Origin: Nemertoderma westbladi
Taxonomy: Eukaryota > Animalia > Xenacoelomorpha
Direction: 5' to 3'
Assembly (NCBI GenBank): GCA_032718475.1
Contig: JAUCBJ010004291.1
Coordinates: forward strand, 12,129 to 76,128
Length of the DNA stretch: 64,000 bases
Part shown: piece by piece, positions 11,203 to 23,100 of the stretch
Numbering within the stretch: position 1 is the first letter of the stretch
Layout of the letters: each line of letters opens with the position of its first letter
Program-made: the position numbers and the translations under genes
Notes under the pieces: generated by a model
The model's input: only the letters and a program-made list of their open reading frames with translations
Told to the model about the DNA's origin: nothing
Databases searched by the model: none

Positions 11203-14037
11203 TATTTTTTAAATATTATTTAATAGATATTAACTAATTTCAAGAAATTAATATGGCACAATTCAAAATTCTAATCGATAACCTTTGATCAAACCCCGAA
11301 AAGAAATTAAACAAAAAAAAATTTCGAAAATTGGTTAAGAAATGGACGTGTAGTAGTATTATGAATGTGAAAAATACAATCCGAGATAAACGCATTTAAA
11401 GTTTAAGAACAATATATTTCAAATGTTCTCGCTATTTTCATGTACCATTTTTCATTTTTGGATTTTTTCATGTATCATTTTCATGTCCTTTTCTTTTCAC
11501 ATTGGTTATCCCCTATCTATTTTGTGATTTCTCAATGGATTTAATGAAATTTGGTTCAAATAAACCCCTACCAACTTTTAAAAACCTGTTAAAATAATTT
11601 TAGAGTGCTTGCCCAAAAACACTCCGCGCAGCACGTGAACAAATTTCATTTTGGAGTTTTGGTTTGATCGCATACTATTTCGTGATTTATTAATAAATAG
11701 TCATAGAATAATGAGACAACCTTTAAACTTTCTGAATGATATAAAAAATTTCCACATACTTTTATAATAAGTCTTCACACAGCACGTTAATTATTCGAGG
11801 AGTTCGGAAAGCCTTTTGATCAGAATGAGAAGCCTTTACGTGGAACATGAAATGTTCATGCAGCACATGAAGACTTCGCGCAGCACGTGAATTATTCTCA
11901 AAGCATGTGGAATTTAAAAAATAATAAGTTTATGGTTGATCCCCACAATTATTATTACCAGCTATTGCTATATGATGGTTCCCATTTGTTATTACTAGTA
12001 GACAAATAGTCCATTAGACAACTGTTCAATATGTAATACAAACTCACAAATATTTATTAAATATCTATTAATTATAAATTGACAGACAGACAGACAAACT
12101 GTGAGACAGATAGACTGACATACAGACATAGTGATTAGATAATTCAAAACATGAAAACAGATATCGGCATTAAGAAAAATTCCCACTGCTTTTTAATATT
12201 TCGATGGACAGACAGACAGACTTACAGACGGAAAACCAGCCATTACTCGAGAAGTAAAAGAGATAACGCTAAGCCGTTTAGAGATTTGAAATCCTCATTA
12301 AATTCTGCTCTATATGAAATAAAAAAACAAAAATATCGAAAATTTTGACCTGAGGGCGGGGGGGGGGGGGGGGTGTACCCCCCCTTAATGTGATATGTGT
12401 GATACTGTGATATGGCGCCACATTTAGCGCCAAGAAACCCTGACCAGACATGTTACTTGGCTATATAATTTTTGCTATCACTGTGTTACCTTATTTTTTT
12501 AGATTTCATTATTTTTACCGAGCTGTGCCATATTAAATATATGATTGCCACTCAACATCGATAAAAAATACTACTGATAATGGTACACCGGTAGTTACTA
12601 AGTTATAGTTACCAAGTTAATGTGCGATTGTCACGCATTGGCCTACTTATCAGTGTATAAGTGCTGCACAAAGAAAAAGATTCTCTATCCTAATCATCCC
12701 TTATAATTGGAATTGTCAAGGGCACCTGTCCCTGCTGGCAATTTTATCATGTAAGGACACATAACTTGTAAAAGCTGTAGCATTGCTGGAGAGAAACTTT
12801 CTTGCTGTGAATAAGACACTACTCTCTTTGCCTAGCAAACATTAACGATTCAACATGGATTCCCAATCAGCGTAGTACAATCACTCCAACTGATCATTAT
12901 TCTCTAAGTAACCTGAGTTGGTGTCCAGTTCATTCTCCAGATCCCCCCCCCCCCCCCCCGCACTGTATCTCATCTCACTGTATATAATAGACACATATAG
13001 TAGGTTGCTTTATTTCTCAGTAGAGCTAGGTTCATAAATACAAATCAATAAATATATCATCCATATCACATAAAAATCTAATTCACCCACTGCGCAGTTA
13101 ATGTAAGACATCCAACAACATTGCATGTAATAAAAATATATAATCTATGTTTCAGTGCTTGGAACTAGTTTCTTTACTTTGTAATAATATTAATGGATTG
13201 TACCTTGATAAGTTTTGTTAATCAATAAAATAACCTTAAACCTTCTCAAGGAATGTGATCAGTCTCCCCTGGTGATTTAATGTCTGCTGGTGTTTTCACA
13301 TATTTAATGTTAACATTTTCATCTGTTTGATAATAAAGCAGGAAATTACCATCACTACCACTTGTTATATATTGTGTAAATTCAGTGAAATGGAATTAAG
13401 ATTAATTAAGTTGAATGGAATGTTGTAGTTAACATATTTTTTAAAAATGCCAGCAGATAACGCTTAGTATCCTATTACCATCACATGTCATGGAAAAAGT
13501 AAGGTGAATTATTTAGTTAGAAAAAAGTAAAACGATTTGTGATTGTGTAATACTAATCAGTGGAGGCATTGAAAATAATCCTCTGGGTGGCATTTATCTC
13601 TCTTTCAAAAAAGTAACACATAATGCGACCTTTTGACCAAGAATTACATGCAAAGAACCTCACCCAAAACAAAGAAAAAAGTAGAATAAAGTGTTTGGTT
13701 CGTCAACAATGTTTTGTTTGGGTGGATTATTATTTCGAATCCCAAGGGAGGGAAACTAACAGGATAGAAAAACTGTCGGTGGTCCCAGAGGAAGGTGGTG
13801 CTAGACTATTTAAGATTACAAGAATACATGACAGAGATGCGCCGTGGCTAGTACTTTTAAAGCGTTAGTAAAGGAATCAATACCACAAACTCTAATCACC
13901 TGAGATGATAATTTTAGGATGAACGCACTGAGTATTGTACTCTTTCTCTTTCATTAGATATAAGTAAAAGGAAACACAATATGACAGATGGTCTATAGGT
14001 TATTATGGTTGATGTTAGGGTTTGTTAGTCAGACACG

Positions 14038-14126
14038 AACCCTAATTAAAGCAGTAATTGTAGCCTAACCTTGAGCTGAGCCTCACAACATAGGGTTAGG
14101 GTTCAATTACTGCTTTAATTAGGGTT
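14038..14126. repeat. Palindromic MITE-like hairpin
   Basis: aaccctaattaaagcagtaattg...caattactgctttaattagggtt, with further inner pairing. Confidence 0.75.
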
Positions 14127-14599
14127 TGGGCCGCCACTATTGTAACCTACAAGGCCCACGAGAACCGTGAAAAAGTGGCGCCTTTAGTGTGATTTGTGTA
14201 CTGCATTTTTCTATTGAATTTTAATCAAGAGGCAAAATCAAAATTGCAAAGGTGTGACTTTAAGATATCGGTATTTTGGGCACACACAACAAATAATTAA
14301 ATTATTCAATTATATTCAATTCAATTTTAATTTAAATTTACTAAATGCATTATTGACTCTGTCTATATATATGTACAACAATTATTGTTTTCCACTTTAA
14401 TATACATTCTGTAAATTTAGAAAAATTTTCTTAACTGATTTCCAGAACTAGTAACAAAAGTTATAACAATAAAAATAACTGAGTAACATAAGTACCCCCT
14501 TGGAAATACGCTGCATAGCTTTAGTGGTAATCCTATATATAATAATCTATTATACATGTAAACTTTGGCAAAAACAGTTAGTGAGCATAAATACTGAAG

Positions 14600-14913
14600 A
14601 AACGTATGCTAACATAATTCCATCATTGAAACCAATAACCCTTAATGTAGGACGAAACGAGGAATCATTTATTCTCGGACTTATCATCGGACAACAAGCG
14701 AACCTCGCACATATGCGATACATATACAATGATTTGGTACACGATCGTTGCAGTTGTGGAGACATTGAGGCAGAATACCACTATTTATTTGTTTGTTCGG
14801 ACAGACGTGATACAATTACGAACCTCATAGAGTCCTTAAGCTATAATAACTTACCAGTATCACTAACAACTATCCAGCTATCGAGATGCGAAAGAATTAT
14901 AGATTGCTTTTAG
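14600..14913 (+). mobile_element. CR1/L2-group LINE ORF2 C-terminal relic
   Basis: CSCGDIEAEYHYLFVC resembles the terminal CxCG..E...H...C motif. Confidence 0.5.
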
Positions 14914-16612
14914 TATATATATACTATATATATATATACTATAGTTTGCATTTAATCTCTAGATATTATTATATCATATGCTACAACACAACTCTAACTC
15001 TATTTTTAAGGTGAAGGTTTATTTTATATTTTTATGTGTTACAATAATATGATTTGTGTGTATGTTGTCTATGTTTCCATGACGCCTACACAATGAGGCT
15101 TATTATATTAGATTTATATATATATATATAGAGTACCTACCTATCTACTATATACATTGTTTATTTGGTGTATTTGTTATTGTTTTACATAATGTATAAA
15201 TAAATCAACATCTACAACTCATATATATGATTTATACTGTCGGTATATTATGGTAATTAACAGTTCTTTACAACTTACCCGCATCAAATGCCATACAGAT
15301 ACTCGTTACACTAAGTATAAGAAGCATGGACATTAATAATGTGTGGATCAACATGTTGTTTTAATTATATTCTTCAATGTTGATAATTTATTTGCTTAAA
15401 GAATATAGGTCAAATTATAGAATGAAATAATATAGTGTGATGTCTAAAAAATAATTTTATGTTAAATTTGTAGCGAAAAAAGAGTATTATTATGGAAAGT
15501 TATACTAAAGAAGATTCATACATTTCTGCCATTTATGATGATGAATATACAAAATAGAAATAATCATGGCACAATAGAAAGAATATTCTTTTTGTGAGCA
15601 GCGTATTGGATAAAACAGGTAGACAGAATGCATCCCATTGGTGTTTTGCGATTTGTGCTGACAGTAAGTGGGGTAAGATTGTGTGCCAACAGTGCGAGAG
15701 TTCAAGGTTCTAAATTAATCGAAAACTAAGATCACTTACAACCACTACTGCTCAATCGAATCCCTATTGAACAATTCCCTAAGGTTTTTAAACACGAAAT
15801 CTTACTAATTCACGAATATTTGAGAAGTAATGGCTGTTGTAGGTTCTCTGAATGCTCCTGAACAGTTGGAAATCTCTTCATATGGCAATATTAAAAGTAA
15901 GTTTCTGGAGTTTTTAATCTGTTTATATAAGATTTCAGTTTTCAATTAGAGATGTTATTCAGTAATTCACGAATATTCTCCCCTAAGAATTTTAGGACAT
16001 GATTTAATAATATTCAGTAGATTAAATGAAACACTCAAAATTAAGATTGGTCAAACTGACAGAAAATATTCAATTTGACCAGATATACAGATTGACAACA
16101 ACATATGGTCGGATGGGGTGGTTCTACAATTACTGATTGTGCTCATTACATAATAAATAATTATGCTGGTCGTATTAAATGTAGCATGTGTCTCTGGAAA
16201 AAATTTAATACATTAACTAAATAAATTAAAACCTAAGTGAAATGAAATTATTTTTTCTTAAATTGTTACGTTTTCGCTAGAAAATACCCCAAAATCGGGA
16301 GAAATTGGTACTTTTTTTTTAACTCGGGGAAATAAGTATTGCTTTAATTATATTTTTTCGTGGCGAAGAAAGTTATGTAAGAAAACGAAAAATTTTTTTT
16401 GGTGGAATTTCTTCAATTTAAAAATTTACAGAATGCCACAGAGGTTAAAGATGAGTTGAGATAACATTGAAAAAAATGTTTTTCCACGTGTAATACGTAA
16501 TTTTATTCTTAAATTAGTATATTTTGTTTTGTTGCTTGTATTTTTCAACATTGTTTCTACAGTTATAGTAGTGTAGTCAAATTAGGCCGAAAAATACAAT
16601 GGGCTCCATAGC

Positions 16613-17819
16613 TGTAAAAGCTTTTGCTGAATTGCCCGGTTATTTTTCCTTATTTTTCCCGTAAAATACTCTGTAGTTGGTTTAATAGGCGTAAGAGGCC
16701 GTATTATTGCTGTATCGGTGTTTTTAGAGGATCTAAGAGCTATTTCTTCCGTATGTGTACTGTGGAAGGCATAGTTGATGATTCTATGGCAATTCCATGA
16801 CGCAAAAGGGGATAGCTACTCTTGAACAGTAGTTACTATGACGACGGTTAACAGCTGATATTCATACATGTCGATTTTCTTTGTTCTACGGCATCTCTCA
16901 GTTCAGTCAACCAATCAGAGCGTTTTTACTGTTCTTGTACAGAAATTTCCTAGAAATCACGCAATGCTGTATGGGCTGTGTTATCATTCTGTCCTGAGCC
17001 AGGAAGAGCGGCTTTGGAATATTTTGTGCTTTTCTGCTTTAGCCTAACACTAGTAGGCTTAATTATAAGGACATATATCCGTTATCTCAACTCACACTTA
17101 ATATCACACTGGTTATCACTGGTTAACTGGCCCATACTGTGCAACTTAACTTAACATTACTGCTTTGCTGTCGGTTATTCATTATATTTGTTGATGAATT
17201 ATTATATTTGGAATAACGAGAAATAACCCCGAAACCCAATATTCTTGATATACCGAAGGTAAGAGAGAAAGGTTACATATAACGATTGTGACTTATGTTA
17301 AAGTGGTTTGAAGTGAATCTAATGTTATTTGATAGACCCTACATGATTCGGTCCGTGTTCCTTTTATATGTGACTAAAATCAGTGAAGATCGGCAGATCA
17401 GTGTGCAGTATTGTGCAGCATTGTGTATGAGTGAGACTGATAACGAAGCATTTCCTAAAGAATGCGCCATATATGTGAATTGTAACTAAGCCATATCGTT
17501 GCGTGTAGTTTAAGTCATAACTCTGTTTATAGATAGAGCGCCACGTCCTAAAGGAACTGTTAATATTCCCCGAAAGTGAATAATATTGTCAGAGATTATA
17601 TAATACTGTCAGTCGAATAATACATTAGGCTTACATAGCAATACGATTAAGCCGTCGAACCCAATCTCCCGGGTATATCCAGCGGGTGAATGATCGCGCA
17701 CCGATTGGTTTCGACTAGTGTAGTGAATCAAATACTTGTCAGAGGCTAAAAGTGATTTATTATCTAGAAGACATCCTAATTTGGCGGGTTAAACTGCCAA
17801 AGGTCTGAAAGCGCGAACA
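16613..17819 (+). repeat. 5' LTR
   Basis: tgtaaaagc...gcgcgaaca; I counted only 3 substitutions against the 3' LTR by eye. Confidence 0.97.
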
Positions 17820-17831
17820 ATAACGGATATA
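17820..17831 (+). promoter_or_regulatory. Putative non-tRNA (self-complementary) primer-binding site
   Basis: ataacggatata abuts the LTR, lacks TGG, and is the exact reverse complement of tatatccgttat at 17074-17085 and 28127-28138. Confidence 0.65.
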
Positions 17832-17886
17832 GCTTCTTTATTGCAGTAAGCAATAAAGTTGAAAGTACCGGTTGACCGGTAAACCT

Positions 17887-18050
17887 GAACCGGTACTTCT
17901 GTAGGTCAGTAGGCCCAACTGCCAGAACCGGTACTTCTGTAGGTCAGTAGGCCCAACTGCCAGAACCGGTACTGCTGTAGGTCCGTAGGTCCAACTGCCA
18001 GAACCGGTACTTCTGTAGGTCCGTAGGCCCAACTGTCCTAACCGGTACTT
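17887..18050. repeat. 38-bp tandem repeat in the Bel/Pao leader, ~4.3 copies
   Basis: gaaccggtacttctgtaggtcagtaggcccaactgcca starting at 17887, 17925, 17963 and 18001. Confidence 0.9.
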
Positions 18051-18229
18051 CCAGTATAAGTACATTAGTATTATTCGAATTTGATAGTTATATACCGGTA
18101 GGTCTTAGTACTTAATCAGGGAACGGCCGCCCTGGTTTTTTATTGAGATTTTACTTGTTTCTGTCGGTTTTATTTGTTTGTAGGCCAGTATTGAACAGAA
18201 GGCGTGTAAGCCTGATCATATTGTACAGA

Positions 18230-18800
18230 CAATTTGTAGGCTGGGCTGTTGTCTGATTGCTATTAAGTCTGAACGGATTGCAGTGTGTGTAGATCACCTG
18301 TCCGATAAAGAACGGTTAGGAAGTAGGGGCAGCCAAAGCTGTAAGGTAAACCCCCATCTAAAGAATAAGTCGTACTACTGGGTTAGAACGCATACTACCT
18401 AATCATTTCGGAGTCTGCATGTCCTGTAGTTTATTTAGGCTTGAGAGTAGTCTGCCATCGTTTAGTCTGTACTTTGTTTGTGTAGTCTGTACAGGTAGCG
18501 TATAATATTTATTTAGATAATTTGTAGGCTGGATAGTTGTCTGGCTGTTATTAGGTCTGAACGGATTGCAGTGTGTGTAGAGCCTCTGTCCGATAAAGAA
18601 CGGTTAGGAAGTAGGGGCAGCCAAAGCTGTAAGGTAAACCCCCAACTAAAGAATAAGTCGTGCTACTGGGTTAGAACGCATACTACCTAATCATTTCGGA
18701 GTCTGCATGTCCTGTAGTTTATTTAGGCTTGATAGTAGTCTGTCAGTATTTGGTCTGCATTTCGTTTGAGTGGTTTGTACGCGTAGCGTAATATTTATTA
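18230..18800. repeat. 288-bp tandem duplication in the Bel/Pao leader with a conserved, self-complementary core
   Basis: tccgataaagaacgg occurs at 18301 and 18589; the core is nearly identical and the flanks are more diverged. Confidence 0.88.
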
Positions 18801-20131
18801 TTCAGAGTTTATGCGATTATTCGCAACATTCATTCCCCAAGTTTGTTCCTACAATAATTGTGTTTGTTATACATACCGCTATAGTTAAATTAACCCCGGT
18901 ACTACACGGGCTGCTTGGCGTAGGTAAAGACTGGTGATTTTGTGCACCGGTGACTCCAGCAGATGCCGTGGTTCTTTTAGCTGTTCAAGTATATTTAACT
19001 ACTGATTATATGTTGTACAAGTACTCGTACCTAATTTAGGGTTTAGTGTACAGTGCTTTCCGAAAGTAATTAGTGTAGGCATTATATTTGTGTTGTAAAG
19101 TGGTTGATAGGCACGTTCGATTAGCTCTATTAACTTCTAGGTAGGGACACTCCGTGATACATAACGTAGTACCTATAGCGATACGGCTATAGGTCGTCAG
19201 GCGGTGGTATTTTCCTATCTGGACAACGCAGTGTATTTACTACTACGTATTATTTTCAAATACCGCAGTACCCTGTCCGTTGTAATAACCAGATTTCTAA
19301 CCCTTTGTTAGGCTGGTTTGTAGACTTCTTGTAAAATTACCCTAAAAATTCGTATTTTGTGTTTTTTGTAAATTTTTGTGTTTATTTAGAGATTGTAATC
19401 TCAACCCGAATCGTACGTAATTTGTAGTATTAAGTAACTTAGGTAAATTAGAATTATTTGTTTTAGTGTCCTATAAGTAACACTTCACTGAAAGCGCACC
19501 GCTTTGTGTAGTGATTACTCCCCAGAAATAATAACATTTATTTCAAACATTGACAAAACCCATTAAAACGGGTATATATATTATAAATCAACTCAAACGA
19601 TTTATAAATAGTAGGCCTGCCATACAACAATTAGGTCTCAATATCAGTTGGACTACTGCTTAAATAACGGTAATAAAGTAAGTTAAAGTAACCAAGTAAC
19701 CCTTAAAATTCAGAAATTCAATTATTCTAAAATAATTGACATACCGGTATTTACAATAGGCTTATTATATTTATTTCTATAAATCTTAGGTTGAAATCAT
19801 ACCGGTATTCTGTAATTAATTTTAGTTAATAATTATACTTATATATACTATAAGTGTAAACTGCATACCGGTATCCACGATAGGCCTATTATATATTTAT
19901 ATATATTTTTGTGCTAAAATTATATACCGGTATTTTGTGAAAAAACCTAGTCTGTAATAATACTTCTATATACCATAAGCATACCGGTATTCTAATATAT
20001 TATATATATATCACGCTACACTGAGTAGCAGTATCGGTAATTAATTACTAGGCTAGCAGTTAATGCTGAATTACTAGACTTGCTTAGACTGTAATATAGC
20101 AGTAGGCATTCAACTGTACAATCAAACAAAC

Positions 20132-23100
20132 ATGTCTGACACAAAACAAACATTGTCAGATAGCCTCTTAGAAAGTGCTAGAATGAGTGTTAGACAGGGT
20201 CTTAAAAAGATCTGGGACTCAGCTAAGAGTATAGAGCGTCTAAGACCAAAGTCCAAGTCCCCTCCTACTGTAAGCAAGGTCATCCCTACAGTAGTAATAA
20301 CAGAACCGAGGCTGGTCCAACATCGTAGGTCTATCATAGGCACTCGAGCTCAGGTCAAGCGAGACCAAGAAGCAGCGGAACAGCAACAACCCGCGAGCCA
20401 AGAACTTATTTCTCAGCGGTCCGACAGCTCCAGTAGTTCGGATACTGTTGAGCGGACGCCCGAACGCGGAGCGAAGATGGCGGATACGGTTTATGATGAA
20501 CGGCCAACCTATGAAGAATCAACCGACGCCACTTTTTCTCAAGAAGAAAGCGAAGCGACAGCAGAGAAACCGCATAAGAGGGATGCCATTGACATCTATC
20601 TGTCAGACTATCAACGTTTTTTAGGTGATGACGAGTTGAGGAGAAGGTTAGATGGACTTAGCCCTAATAGCGAAGGAACTCAGCGTGTGTTGGATGCCAT
20701 CGATGTGGAAATGAGGGCTGCGAATCAGGCTAAATTCGATGAACAACTCCGCATCACTAGAGAACAAGAAGAACAAGTAAGGAAAAAACGTATAGAAGAC
20801 AGGAAGATAGCAGCAGTGGCAGAGGCAGAAAGAAAAGCGACCTTGGCAGAAGCAGCGGCAGAGGCAAAAGCGGCAGCAGCAGAAGCAGAGGCAAAGGCAA
20901 AAGCGGCAGCAGCAGAAGCAGAGGCAAAGGCAAAAGCGGCAGCGGCAGAGGCAAAAGCGGCAGCGGCAGAGGCAAAAGCGGCAGCGGTGGCGGAAGCAGA
21001 ACGGAGAGCGGCTGAAGAGATCGCCCAACTGGAGTTGGAAAATCTTCAAGAGAAGCAAGACGACTTCAGTAAACAGTTAACAGCTAGTAATATGCAGATG
21101 ATGAATCGATCTACTCCCAAAAGACAGGGATATACATCATCTGAAGAAGGCGATACCACCGATACTGAAGGCAAAGGAAATAGATCTCGTCTAAGCAGAC
21201 GTAAAAGAACACTCCACCGTCAGAAATTGCCTGATTTGCCTCCAGCTGTTAGAAGGCAACTAAATAACACCAACTTAGGCAGTACAGAACCCACAGACCA
21301 AATAATTAAAATAGAAAGACTCCCTACTATAGTAGATGAGCCTGAAATAATTAGGCCTGTTTTTGAAATCACCCCTTCGGTGATAGACACACCTGTGCTC
21401 CCTGAAGCTACCTCTAAATTCCCTCTGCATAGCACTAAGCTTCCTGTGCCCAGTAGAACTGCCCAGGAGACAGTTCAGGTCCTGGACCCCGAGCGAAATA
21501 TTCCTAATTTGTCGCCCGTTGTCCCTCGTCCACCCGCTACAACGTTGGCGACTCCCGCTTCGGCGGTCGAATGGGTGGACGAGAGACGGCGGGGGATGGA
21601 TCTCCTGCTCGGGCAGATGCAGGAGACGGTTCAGCAATTCAAAGGCACAATAAGGGAAAGTAGACTAGAGTTGCAAGAAGTGCAGCAAAGTATCGCGCTA
21701 GAACGCGATAAATTAGTGAACACACAAAAGGGTATACCACCACCCCCTGTAACAATGTGTCAACCCGTTAGGTCTGAAGTATCTCATGCGCAAGGTGTGG
21801 AGCCTACACGCATCTATACTGCTAGCGAAGTAGAAACTCCTATAGTGAACCCTATTAAGGGTAATTATAGATCTGTAGATAATGATATTCCCTATAGACC
21901 AGATCATAATCCGAGAAATTTATATACCGATAACTCGATATTAAATAACACGATGGCCCAAGAAAGTTTTACGCGTCAAATGGCTAGAACCGAAGCCCGG
22001 CAAGCGGTGAAGATGGGAGAGATCGTCAAGTTCAATGGAGATGAGATGAAATGGTTACCTTTTAATGAATATTACAAAGATAACATACAGAACTCTGTAC
22101 TATCTAATGGAGAGAAACTTAGATTCCTCATCGAGTGCTTGGAAGGATCTCCCAAGTTAATGGCGTTAAGGTTTATTGGACATCCAGACGGATTAAGACA
22201 AGTTTGGGATACACTAAACATCAGGTATGGTAATAGGAATAACATAGCTGGGTATTTGTATGCAAAGTTGGTAGCGCCCCGAAAGTTTATTAGCAGCGGG
22301 ATTATAGAGTTTTCCGATGAAATTCAGGAGATCTGCAGACAATTAGATTGGCTAGGTAAGTCTCATGAGTATCAGAGTGCTATGGTTATTAGAGCAGTGG
22401 CTTCTACTTTACCGAAGGGTGGAGTAGGTACACGCTGGGATAAGAAAGTGTTATATATGATGGAACAACAACGACGAGACCCTACCATGGCTGATCTCAT
22501 GTCATTCTTAGATGGAGAAGTGAAATTACAGCTCCTAAGGCAGTCCAGAGAGAAGACACTGGAAAACAAGGTAAGTGAGAAACCCGTTTCTCGGAGAAGG
22601 GTAACACCAGTGTGTTATACAGACGACGGCGAAAGCCAGACTTCTCAAGGAGAGGATAGCGGGAAAGACACTGAAAGATCTTATGTCAATAAAACGCCTA
22701 AAGACCAGGTAAGTAAATTCAAGTCTCGAACCAATGACAGGAGAGAAAAGGTAAGAAAAACTCCTCCTACGTCTCCCAAGAGAATTCAGGTGAGAAAGCC
22801 CGAGGAAAGAACGAACGTGCACCACACAGCACATGTTAAAGTAAGTAACATCAAGCCCAAATGTGTGCTGTGCGACGGGCCCCACCGTTTAAATGCGTGT
22901 GATAAATTCTTAAAGAAATCATTAAAAGAGAGACGGGAAGTCATGTGGGATAAGCGGTTGTGTTATAATTGCCTCAGACGAGGACACCAACGGCGAACCT
23001 GTTACTCCGACGCAAGGTGTGCAAAGTGCGGTGCGAAACATCATATCTTGTTGCACACTGAATTCGAGCGAAATAGTCCGAGTCAGGTGAGTGATTCCGA

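Noticed and set aside
11200-12390. Kolobok-like MITE ending ...gtacccccccttaa
   Set aside because: A matching left TIR and TSD could not be found.
17295-17489. Identical 64-aa ORF also at 28348-28542, suggesting a duplicated gene
   Set aside because: It lies within the two LTRs and has no recognisable motif.
17781-17800. tggcgggtt as the tRNA PBS of the Bel/Pao element
   Set aside because: It is inside the LTR (present in both copies, before the CA end and TSD) and forms a hairpin.
19741-19990. Five ATACCGGTAT palindromes at ~60-bp spacing as element-specific dimerisation signals
   Set aside because: They fit a degenerate tandem repeat, and accggt/taggccta motifs also occur outside the element (e.g. 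~46675, ~59055), so specificity cannot be claimed.
20648-21058. Cys-rich and Leu/Pro-rich antisense ORFs
   Set aside because: They are antisense shadows of the AEAKAAA repeat in gag.
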